From assembly GCA_013202875.1 (NCBI GenBank), contig JABMRD010000172.1, positions 3,417-27,416 on the forward strand: DNA of 24,000 bases, read 5' to 3'. Numbering within the stretch: the stretch's first letter is position 1; each line of letters opens with the position of its first letter. The position numbers and the translations under genes were made by a program. Below the pieces are notes generated by a model. That model worked only from the letters and a program-made list of their open reading frames with translations, had not been told where the DNA came from and did no database searches. Positions 1-7,866 of the stretch are shown here, in pieces. Origin of the DNA: Actinomycetota bacterium (GTDB taxonomy: Bacteria; Actinomycetota; Humimicrobiia; Humimicrobiales; Humimicrobiaceae).

Positions 1-60
1 AAAAATATAGATTTATTTTTTTATAAATTATTACAAATTTTAAATATGGGGGTGATTTAA

Positions 61-975
61 ATAGCCAGATTAATCAGTGGGACCAGAATCTCACAGGACA
101 TTAAAAATGAGATAACTGAAGAAGTAAAAGAGATGAAAAGAATAAAAGGAATTGTGCCGGGTCTTGCAACAGTACTTGTTGGGGATAATCCTGCTTCAAA
201 GATATATGTTGGAAGCAAACAGAAAGGATGCGAAGCGGTTGGTTTTAAATCTGAATCTATAAAAATGGATGAGACCGTGTCTACCGAAGATGTATTAAAA
301 GTATTAGATAGATTAAATAACAGGGAAGATATTAATGGTATTCTGGTTCAACTTCCATTGCCGGAACAAATAGATAAGGCAAAGGTTCTGGAAGCAATAT
401 ATCCTGAAAAAGATGTGGATGGATTTCATCCTGTAAATATAGGCAAGCTGGTAGCCCAGCAGGAGTGCCTGGTGCCGGCAACACCCTCTGGTATTATAGA
501 AATGTTAAAGAGGGAGAGTATAGATATAAAAGGCAAGAATGCTACTGTAGTGGGCCATAGTGAAATAGTCGGAAAACCTGTCAGCCTGCTCCTTTTAAAT
601 GAATGGGCCACGGTTACTATATGTCATATTGAGACAAGAGATCTGAAGATGCATACAAGCTATGCGGATATCCTGATTGTAGCTACCGGTGTACCATATC
701 TAATCAAGGGTGATATGGTTAAAGATGGTGCCGTGGTTATAGATGTAGGAATCAACAGGATTACAAAAGATAAGGCGAACCAGGAACTGCTGGAATGGAG
801 AAAAGAAGACTTTGAAAAAAAAGGCGCTACATTAATCGGGGATGTAGATTTCTTAAGAGTAGAACCTAAGGCCAGCTATATATCGCCTGTACCGGGCGGA
901 GTAGGACCTATGACCATTGCCATGCTTCTCAGTAATACATTAAAGGCAGCAAAGAATATTGTTGGTATGAAGTAG
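61..975 (+). CDS. folD: Bifunctional 5,10-methylene-THF dehydrogenase / methenyl-THF cyclohydrolase (FolD)
   Basis: The ORF from ATG 133 carries FolD hallmarks ([66 protein letters not shown]). In-frame codons 61-132 ([24 protein letters not shown]) still align with the FolD N-terminus (E. coli MAAKIIDGKTIAQQVRSEV) and are bounded by TAA at 58-60. That stretch has no ATG/GTG/TTG, so the start is either ATA 61 (SD GGGGGTGA 48-55) or, conservatively, ATG 133. Confidence 0.9.
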   Translation: [304 protein letters not shown]

Positions 976-987
976 CAATTAGTTCGA

Positions 988-2364
988 TTAAGAGTCATTC
1001 ATATATTTTTTCAGTATTTTTTCTCCCCTTAATCTTAAGAATGTATCCAGGACTTCCTGGTATCTCTCGCATATTGGTTTGCTGTTGTCTTTGTATATAA
1101 GTATAGAAGAATAAGCACAGCCGCCTCCGCAGAGAGGGGCAAACTTACAGGTCCTGCATTTTTCAATATTCAGTATGGTTCTTTCTGTCCATAACTTTTC
1201 TTTATCAGAGTAGAATTCAAGCTCAGGGCTGAATTTACCGATGGCATAATCGGGTTTACCTATGGATTCACCGCAGGCATATATATATCCATCAGGGCAG
1301 AAGACATTCAGTTCCAGTAAATTGCTCTCACAGTTAAAAAATTTGGGAGAGACATTTGGTGCACCGCTTGCTATATCCAATATGTGTCTTATTGGTTTGA
1401 ACATATAAAAACCAAATTTATCTTCCAGTGCCGGGTATTTATCATATAATTTAATCAACCTCTCAAGCAGTTCTTCCTCAGGGATTATTATATTATTGTA
1501 ATCCAGGGTGCTGTGATCTGTAACCAGTGCCAGCATAATGTTGAAATCTGGATGTTTTAGCCAGTTCTTCTTAGAAATATATTCATACAAATCAGGCAGA
1601 TAATCTATATTGGTATTATCAATATTTACCCTGACATTGGTATGTATATTGTTTTTTAAGAGCAAATCTATACTTTCGGATATTTTGCCAAAACTTCCTT
1701 TGCCGGAAGGAAATTTTCTGCGTTTGTCATGGATTTCCGGAGGGCCGTCAATGGTTATTTGAAGCATTTCTATTTTCTCTTTTACCGGCAGTAATATGTC
1801 AATGAAATCCTTAGCCATCACCCCATTGGTGACTATAGTTATAGGAGCATCTTTATCTCTGGCAAATTTAAGGATTTTCTTTATGAGTGGCTTATTCTTT
1901 AAAAGCAGTGGTTCACCCCCAAATAATTCTACAGAATCAACTTTGCCGGATTTTTCCTTTGATATTTCTTCCGCAGCATTTATGGTATCATCTAATATAT
2001 TACTGCTCATAAACTTGCTGGGATTAGAAGGCAGGTCTGTTTCAAAGCAGTAGATGCATTTCAGGTTGCATTGATAGGAAGGGCAGAATACAAATCTCAG
2101 CGGTCTTGAGGATGCTTTTTTAATATAATTGTCATAAAGAGTAACAAGTATTTTATCTTCTTTTTTTAAATCATAATATAAATAACCTCTCTCAATAAGA
2201 TTTGAGAGAGGTTCAGCATCAATACTATTAAATTTTTTACCTTCAACTAAACTCCAGATATAATTCTCTACAATATCCAGTGCTCCGGTTAAAGTATTGT
2301 TTATTAGAGTATATCTGGAATTTATCCTATGGAAGTAATTATAACTGCTTGGAAATAATTTCAC
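988..2364 (-). CDS. Radical SAM / SPASM-domain enzyme, peptide-maturase-like
   Basis: 458-aa ORF with a GTG start. It has the radical-SAM CxxxCxxC motif (CPSYQCNLKCIYCFE) and a C-terminal Cys-rich SPASM-type region (CESN...CPDGYIYACGE...CRTCKFAPLCGGGCAYSS...CERY). About 90 aa precede the cluster motif, as in peptide-binding maturases. Confidence 0.85.
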   Translation of the reverse strand: MKLFPSSYNYFHRINSRYTLINNTLTGALDIVENYIWSLVEGKKFNSIDAEPLSNLIERGYLYYDLKKEDKILVTLYDNYIKKASSRPLRFVFCPSYQCNLKCIYCFETDLPSNPSKFMSSNILDDTINAAEEISKEKSGKVDSVELFGGEPLLLKNKPLIKKILKFARDKDAPITIVTNGVMAKDFIDILLPVKEKIEMLQITIDGPPEIHDKRRKFPSGKGSFGKISESIDLLLKNNIHTNVRVNIDNTNIDYLPDLYEYISKKNWLKHPDFNIMLALVTDHSTLDYNNIIIPEEELLERLIKLYDKYPALEDKFGFYMFKPIRHILDIASGAPNVSPKFFNCESNLLELNVFCPDGYIYACGESIGKPDYAIGKFSPELEFYSDKEKLWTERTILNIEKCRTCKFAPLCGGGCAYSSILIYKDNSKPICERYQEVLDTFLRLRGEKILKKYMNDS

Positions 2365-2395
2365 TTTTAAATCTACCAGGGCAATTATTTTCTAC

Positions 2396-2443
2396 TCATA
2401 TACCACCAGCACCACCACCAGCAGCACATAGTACTAACGTCAT
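2396..2443 (-). CDS. Candidate 15-aa Gly-rich, single-Cys mini-ORF (MTLVLCAAGGGAGGI), possible precursor peptide for the adjacent radical SAM enzyme
   Basis: Hand translation of the minus strand gives ATG 2443 through TGA 2396. GAAAGGG lies 7 nt upstream of the ATG, and the stop is 31 nt upstream of the rSAM GTG on the same strand. It is too short for the ORF track, and there is no homology evidence. Confidence 0.3.
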   Translation of the reverse strand: MTLVLCAAGGGAGGI

Positions 2444-2548
2444 GTTTTAGCCCTTTCAGGGTCAGATCATTATTCCAGAGGCTTTTGGTTTTATTGATTG
2501 ATTTCAATTAGACTATCCCTTTCATAGTAAAAAATTTTTCTTGCTTTT

Positions 2549-2557
2549 ATTATATCA
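2549..2557 (-). promoter_or_regulatory. Extended -10-like element TGATATAAT upstream of the mini-ORF / rSAM gene
   Basis: The reverse complement of attatatca (2549-2557) is TGATATAAT (TGnTATAAT pattern), about 105 nt upstream of the mini-ORF ATG. Such matches are common in AT-rich DNA. Confidence 0.2.
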
Positions 2558-2634
2558 TATGAAATCAATACTAGAAAATAATTTTTTTTGGGGAAAAGAA
2601 AACTATTTTAATGAGTATAGTATGTATTTTAAAT

Positions 2635-3684
2635 CTATCTTAAATATATATAAAAATTATTTATGTTTATTGCAATCATTAGTTGAAGTAATAGAAGTAT
2701 TAAAAATAAAATACACATCAGTATTCTGGGAAAGATACGGCTGTAAATCTTATCTGGATTGGTTTTAAGAATTGAGTTAATCCTGTTTTTAAGTTTCATC
2801 CGGCTAAAAAAACTTATAGGTGAAAAAGTAAAACTATTTGCAGGCTCGAAAATGGGTTTTAATGCTGAAATAGATCTTATTTTTAAAATAATATTAAGAA
2901 TATTCTTAGCTATTTTTTTTGCTGGTGTCCCAGCATATTTAACCACGAGTTTATCACTGTCTTTTTCCTGCTCAGATTTAATCAGTGAATATGCAATATA
3001 GGAAAAAGGATTAAAAAAGAGTAAGTCTCTTAATATCAATGCAATCCAGCCGATAAGATTATCATTTCTTTTAATATGTGATAATTCGTGTTGAATTAAA
3101 ACCTCTTTTTCGCCAGTATTCAGTATATCTATTAATTTGGGAGACAGTACCAGTGCATAATTTCTAATTCCGATTATAAAAGGTGAGAAATAATGCCTGT
3201 GCGTTAAGCTTACATAAGGAGCTTTTGCTTTTGTTTTTTGGGTATAGTCATCTATGATGGTATAAATCTCAGGAATGTCTTTTCTGCCAACTATATCTTC
3301 ATGCGCTAAATTTCTGTAAAAGAAATAAAGAAGAATCCATCTTGTAATCAATACTGTGACTATACTAATTATTATTAATAATAGAACTAAATAGTTTATA
3401 TTAGAAAAAACTTCTGGACCAGTATCGAGTTCTTTAATCATATTAATAATATTATTTGGATCAGGGAATCTGGGTCCGATAGTAAAAAGTCTTGATGGGT
3501 GAGTCTTAATTTTTTCAAAAATAATTATAAATGGTTTTATAAGCGGCAGGAAGAAAAACAGGATCCTTATATTTGAGTCTTTTATCCTGAAAATAAATAG
3601 GAAAAATAAAACTAGAACCAGGCTCACAAAACTTGTATAAATAATAGGTACAATGTAGCCTGTCAGTATTTCTAAAAAAAACAT
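2635..3684 (-). CDS. BlaR1-like M56 family membrane zinc metallopeptidase, without penicillin-binding sensor domain
   Basis: 349-aa ORF with several N-terminal hydrophobic helices and the M56-type HExxH context (VLIQHELSHIKRNDNLIGW). It lies downstream of a BlaI-family repressor gene. At 349 aa it is too short to carry a C-terminal sensor domain. Confidence 0.8.
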   Translation of the reverse strand: MFFLEILTGYIVPIIYTSFVSLVLVLFFLFIFRIKDSNIRILFFFLPLIKPFIIIFEKIKTHPSRLFTIGPRFPDPNNIINMIKELDTGPEVFSNINYLVLLLIIISIVTVLITRWILLYFFYRNLAHEDIVGRKDIPEIYTIIDDYTQKTKAKAPYVSLTHRHYFSPFIIGIRNYALVLSPKLIDILNTGEKEVLIQHELSHIKRNDNLIGWIALILRDLLFFNPFSYIAYSLIKSEQEKDSDKLVVKYAGTPAKKIAKNILNIILKIRSISALKPIFEPANSFTFSPISFFSRMKLKNRINSILKTNPDKIYSRIFPRILMCILFLILLLLQLMIAININNFYIYLR

Positions 3685-3858
3685 ATTGATTAATACAGAT
3701 TATATAAAGTTTATTACTATTGTAATACTAAAAATAAAAAAAAAGCATCATTTAATTATACTAATATAAATCAGTATTTTAAAAGAAAAATATTTTTGGG
3801 ATTTTTTGATATAGTAACTTCTTCAACCTTTTTATAAAATATTGGTCAGGTTCAATTA

Positions 3859-3891
3859 AAATAGACAAATCTTTTTAAGATTTGTCTATTT
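3859..3891 (-). terminator. Perfect 15-bp-stem hairpin (AAATAGACAAATCTT-TTT-AAGATTTGTCTATTT) over the BlaI-family stop codon; putative intrinsic terminator or operator
   Basis: Arms 3859-3873 and 3877-3891 are exact reverse complements with a 3-nt loop. On the minus-strand RNA the stem is followed by UUUUAAUU. The stop codon (3875-3877) sits at the loop/stem junction (loop nt 3875-3876 plus the first base of the 3877-3891 arm). Confidence 0.45.
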
Positions 3892-4321
3892 CTCCCAATA
3901 ATTTTTCTATACCTTCTTTGGAAATGTTTTTACTGTCAGATAAAAATCTGGAAACCATGTTTTTTGTACTTTCCTCAAGCAATTTATCTGAAACTGATTT
4001 TATTATGCTTTTTGAAAGTTCTTTTTTATCAACTGCTGCAGAATAAATATAGGTTTTTGCAGTTTTATTCTGTGTCAGAAGCCTTTTTTCTGCCAGGGTG
4101 GTCATTGTTGACATTACGGTTGTGTAAGGAATAAATCCTTCTTCCTTACTTTCAATTTCTTTTCTAAGCATATTCTCATGTACTTCTCTTACTGTTACTT
4201 TGCCTTTTCCCCATACAATCTTCATTATTTCAGCTTCCAGATTGCTTATACTATTAAGGCCATTTATTCCAATTTCCTCTGATTTTTTCTTAATTTCTCC
4301 GGTCTTTGTCATTTTTATCAC
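3875..4321 (-). CDS. BlaI/MecI/CopY-family winged-helix transcriptional repressor
   Basis: 148-aa ORF with the family pattern LSNLEAEIMKIVWGKGKVTVREVHENM...YTTVMSTMTTLAEKRLL...KTYIYSAAV. It is paired with a downstream M56 peptidase gene. The N-terminal ~25 aa may be an over-extension. Confidence 0.8.
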   Translation of the reverse strand: MIKMTKTGEIKKKSEEIGINGLNSISNLEAEIMKIVWGKGKVTVREVHENMLRKEIESKEEGFIPYTTVMSTMTTLAEKRLLTQNKTAKTYIYSAAVDKKELSKSIIKSVSDKLLEESTKNMVSRFLSDSKNISKEGIEKLLGEIDKS

Positions 4322-4490
4322 CTACCTTTCTTAAAAATTTTAGCAATTCTCTAACTGTATTCTCTATCAAAAATTTGGAATACTTTATACTATTTTTAAG
4401 TAAAAATCAAATTAACTTATAAACTTATATTACTGGACAATATTTAAATGATTAACTATTTAATTGTAACATAAAACACAAATAAATACG

Positions 4491-4513
4491 ATATTAATAT
4501 TTAATATTAATAT
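4491..4513. repeat. 23-nt perfect inverted repeat ATATTAATATT-T-AATATTAATAT in the divergent intergenic region; possible operator
   Basis: Arms 4491-4501 and 4503-4513 are exact reverse complements. It lies between the divergently transcribed BlaI-family gene and the RACo-type gene. The sequence is pure A/T, so chance occurrence is plausible. Confidence 0.25.
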
Positions 4514-4706
4514 TTTATATTTCTTATTATAAAATATTATAAGCAGGAAATAAAATCTTTATTCGGGAAGCTGATTCGATAACTCTTTCTAAACGCTGCA
4601 AAAATTAATATAATATTACGAATATTGTTTAAGAAGGTTCATTTATAAGAAAATTAGAGCGGACCAATAAAATTTTCTTAAATGGATTACAGGTGAAGAG
4701 TATATT

Positions 4707-6614
4707 ATGGAAAATGGAAATATTAAAATAATTGTTGAACCTATAGGGAAAAGGATATTTCTAAACAAACCGGCAGGTGGACTTAAAGCAATTATTGATG
4801 CCGGGTTGGGTATAAAATCAGTCTGTGCTGGAAAAGGAACCTGCGGCAAGTGCAGAATAGTTATTCTAAATAAAGAAAAAAAGCCAGCCAGCAAAAAGGA
4901 ACAGAAAATATTAAGCACTGATGAGATCGACAATGGTGTTAGGCTGGCGTGTCAGCAAATTTTCGATAGGGACCTCATTATATATTTACCTTCATCGTCA
5001 ATGAGTGAGGAGCAGAAACTTCAGGTTGGGGGTGAGGAGAAGATTATTGAAGTAGATCCTGTCTGCAAGAAATATTTTGTAAAATTAACAGAGGCCAATC
5101 TCAGAGATTTAGAATCTGATTTTAACAGAATCAAAAGTTTTCTTAAGAATAAATATAATCTGAAGGTTAATTCTATTGATTACAGATCGTTGATTGAAAT
5201 GCCTTCCATTATCAGGAATAACTCATGGGAAATTACGGTTACAGTAAGAAATGATGAGATTATTCTGATTGAGGGAAAGGATAGGACAAAAAATAATTTT
5301 GGTCTGGCCATTGATCTGGGAACAACAAAAATTGCTTTTCTGCTTGTCGATTTGGTGACTGGAAAAACAATTGACAGTAAAGGAGTTATGAATCCCCAGG
5401 TTAGTTATGGGGAAGATATAATGAGCCGCTTAAATTTTGCTATACAGAGTCAGGATAATGCAAATAAGATTCAGAAGGTAGTGGTAACTACAATAAATGA
5501 AGCAGTAAGCGAACTTTGCAGGAAAAATAATTTAACGCATAAAGAAATAACCGAGATGACTATTGTTGGTAACACTGCTATGCATCACCTGCTGCTGGGA
5601 TTGCCTGTGAATCAGCTTGGGTTGTCTCCATTTGTTTCGGTGACCAAGGACTCTTTACAAATTAAAGCCATGGAAATTGGAATTAAAATTGCGCCCGGCG
5701 GATATATTTTTTTACCGTCTCCAATAGCAGGATTTGTGGGATCTGACCATTTAGCTGTGATCATGGCTACAGAAATACATAAAAAGAAAGGTAACTACCT
5801 GGGTATTGATATCGGAACCAATACTGAAATTGTATTAAAAAGCGGGAATAAAATCACCAGTGTCTCTACTGCATCAGGTCCAGCATTTGAAGGAGCACAT
5901 GTCAAATATGGTATGAGAGCAGCACCAGGTGCCATAGAGAGAGTATTAATTGATTCTAAGACTTGCATGCCGTCTGTCCGGACCATTAATGATATAAAGC
6001 CTGCCGGTATTTGTGGTTCCGGGATTTTAGACGCAATAGCGGAACTGTTAAAGGCTGGCATAATAAACAGGAACGGAAAATTTAAAACTGATTTGGATTG
6101 TGTGCGCAGAGATAGCAAGGGAGAGTTTAGCTATATGCTGGCGCCTTCAGGTGATGATAACAGGAGAAGAGAAAATAGTAATGTCCTGGAGAATGGTAAG
6201 TGTTTTACTAAGCGGTGCGGAGAAAAAGGTATTTCAATAAACCAAAAAGACATTGTAGAAATTCAACTGGCAAAAGGGGCAATAAGGGCCGGTATTGAAG
6301 TATTGCTTGAACATGCAGATATAAGCTTTAAAGATTTAGACAGAATAATAATTGCAGGTGCGTTTGGGTCTTATATAGATCCTAAAAATGTTATTGATAT
6401 TGGTATGTTTCCCGGTATTCCGTTAAGAAAGATTAGGCAGGTCGGCAATGCTGCAGGGGTTGGGGCAAAGATGATTTTAGTTTCAAAAAAGCAGAGAATT
6501 AATGCCGAAAAAATAGCTAAAAAAATTAAATATCTTGAATTGGCTGTATTTCCCGGTTTTAATAATCATTTCATAAACAGTATGCAGTTTCCTGCGCCTG
6601 ATGAAATCATTTAA
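4707..6614 (+). CDS. Corrinoid reductive activator (RACo / AcsV-like): N-terminal [2Fe-2S] ferredoxin domain plus ASKHA-type ATPase
   Basis: 635-aa ORF. It has a plant-type ferredoxin Cys pattern (CAGKGTCGKCRI...LACQ), ASKHA phosphate-binding motifs (GLAIDLGTTKIAFLL, LGIDIGTNTEIV) and GICGSGILD. The size and layout match reductive activators of corrinoid-dependent methyltransferases. Confidence 0.8.
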   Translation: MENGNIKIIVEPIGKRIFLNKPAGGLKAIIDAGLGIKSVCAGKGTCGKCRIVILNKEKKPASKKEQKILSTDEIDNGVRLACQQIFDRDLIIYLPSSSMSEEQKLQVGGEEKIIEVDPVCKKYFVKLTEANLRDLESDFNRIKSFLKNKYNLKVNSIDYRSLIEMPSIIRNNSWEITVTVRNDEIILIEGKDRTKNNFGLAIDLGTTKIAFLLVDLVTGKTIDSKGVMNPQVSYGEDIMSRLNFAIQSQDNANKIQKVVVTTINEAVSELCRKNNLTHKEITEMTIVGNTAMHHLLLGLPVNQLGLSPFVSVTKDSLQIKAMEIGIKIAPGGYIFLPSPIAGFVGSDHLAVIMATEIHKKKGNYLGIDIGTNTEIVLKSGNKITSVSTASGPAFEGAHVKYGMRAAPGAIERVLIDSKTCMPSVRTINDIKPAGICGSGILDAIAELLKAGIINRNGKFKTDLDCVRRDSKGEFSYMLAPSGDDNRRRENSNVLENGKCFTKRCGEKGISINQKDIVEIQLAKGAIRAGIEVLLEHADISFKDLDRIIIAGAFGSYIDPKNVIDIGMFPGIPLRKIRQVGNAAGVGAKMILVSKKQRINAEKIAKKIKYLELAVFPGFNNHFINSMQFPAPDEII

Positions 6615-6639
6615 ATAAGTGCATATTCTAATACGTAAA

Positions 6640-6725
6640 CCTCATCTTGAAAAAAAGATCTGGTTGATTCTTAAAGTCCTTATTTTGTAGCGGGTATATG
6701 TTGATAACTTATTTATTTGATTTAT
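6640..6725 (+). pseudogene. Decayed internal fragment of a family-3 solute-binding protein gene (paralog of 6884-7693)
   Basis: By hand alignment, 6658-6708 matches 7257-7308 of the intact gene at about 40 of about 47 positions (atctggttgatt 12/12, tccttattttgta 13/13, atatgttg 8/8, one 1-nt indel). It translates as DLVDS*SPYFVAG, against NLVDFSNPYFVME in the intact gene, so stops interrupt it. Confidence 0.45.
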
Positions 6726-6883
6726 CAGTTTGATATATCTAAGTACAGTATACCTGGCATTTACACAATTATAAGATTATGTAATGGTACAATCAAATAA
6801 TTACTTGGAAAAATAGTATATTTTTATTAAAATTTATATTACTAAAAAATAGCAAGGAAAATTTAGACTATAGATTTAAATAA

Positions 6884-7693
6884 ATGTTTTTAAATTTTAC
6901 ACCGAAAAAGAAAAAAGTTCTTTTAATTTTTATAAATATACTTATATGTGTTGCCATCATTTTATTAGTGTCTCCTTTAGCCAGCTGCGGAGTTTCCGGT
7001 ACAGTTGATGAGATGAAGATTGACACTGATAGTAAAAAACTTATAGTTGGAAGTGATACTAATAATAAGCCTTTTGGATTCAAAGAAGATGGAAATGTTG
7101 AAGGTTTCGATATAGATATTGCCAGAGAAATAGCAAAAAGAATGGATAAAGAGATAGAGATAATATCTATTACCTGGGACAGCACTTACCAGATTCCAGA
7201 AGATTTAAGGTTGGATATGATAATTTCAGCTGTTCCAATAATTGATGAAAAAGAAAATCTGGTTGATTTTTCCAATCCTTATTTTGTAATGGAATATATG
7301 TTGGTTACTTTAAGAGAAACTGATATTAAATTTAAAGAAGATCTAAAAGGTAAGGCTATCGGGATCTTAGAAACCGAAAAAAATTGCCTGAGCGAAGATT
7401 ATCTGCTTAATTATAAAATTGAAAGTTATGATGATATTTTGACAATGTTTGATAACCTCAGAAACAAAAATGTTGAGGGAGTCTTAATCTCACTGCCCAT
7501 CGGTGTTAATATGCTGTCTGAAAATAAAGGAATTTATAGTGTGCTGGAAGTTGTAAAATCTAATAAAGAATTTGGCATTGTTTTCAGTAAAGGAAGTGCT
7601 TTAAAGGAAGAAGTTGATAAAATCTTAGAGGAAATTAAAGAAGACGGCACTTATGATGATATTTACAATAAATGGTTTAATTATAGCTTTTAA
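6884..7693 (+). CDS. Family-3 extracellular solute-binding lipoprotein (amino-acid ABC-type SBP), orphan
   Basis: 269-aa ORF with a signal peptide and lipobox (LLVSPLASCG). SBP_bac_3-like motifs are present (LIVGSDTNNKPFGFKEDGNVEGFDIDIAREIAKRM, VDFSNPYF). No permease or ATPase partner genes are adjacent. Confidence 0.8.
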   Translation: MFLNFTPKKKKVLLIFINILICVAIILLVSPLASCGVSGTVDEMKIDTDSKKLIVGSDTNNKPFGFKEDGNVEGFDIDIAREIAKRMDKEIEIISITWDSTYQIPEDLRLDMIISAVPIIDEKENLVDFSNPYFVMEYMLVTLRETDIKFKEDLKGKAIGILETEKNCLSEDYLLNYKIESYDDILTMFDNLRNKNVEGVLISLPIGVNMLSENKGIYSVLEVVKSNKEFGIVFSKGSALKEEVDKILEEIKEDGTYDDIYNKWFNYSF

Positions 7694-7712
7694 GCGCCGG
7701 GCTATTTTTTTT
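7683..7712 (+). terminator. Weak putative intrinsic terminator after the SBP gene
   Basis: ATAGC 7683-7687 pairs with GCTAT 7701-7705 and flanks a GC-rich loop. The run of eight T at 7705-7712 starts at the last stem base. The stem is short, so support is weak. Confidence 0.3.
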
Positions 7713-7866
7713 ATTTTTCTAAAATAAAACAATTTTTCCATTCAGCGGCTGGTACAGCTGAAATTTTATTAAAATTATTTGGTTAAATCTCTATTAAATT
7801 ATTTTTATGCGGTGTTATAATTAGTTATTATTATATTGTAATTTTTTTATAGAATGGGGTAAAGAT

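Noticed and set aside
426-611. 61-aa minus-strand ORF inside folD. The many similar antisense ORFs in the track fall in the same class (1796-2053, 5795-6118, 7900-8133, 8373-8627, 10873-11157, 11359-11751, 13173-13730, 14271-14504, 16420-17656, 17872-18712, 20686-21151, 22971-23495, 23741-23956).
   Set aside because: All lie entirely within, and antisense or out of frame to, ORFs with strong family motifs. Their products are low-complexity with no recognisable motifs, so they are shadow ORFs.
2541-3001. Plus-strand ORFs 2541-2768 and 2759-3001.
   Set aside because: They overlap the 3' half of the M56 peptidase gene on the opposite strand. They are AT-rich and low-complexity, with no SD or motif support.
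6868-7185. 105-aa minus-strand ORF overlapping the SBP gene start.
   Set aside because: It is antisense to a well-supported lipoprotein gene and has no motifs.
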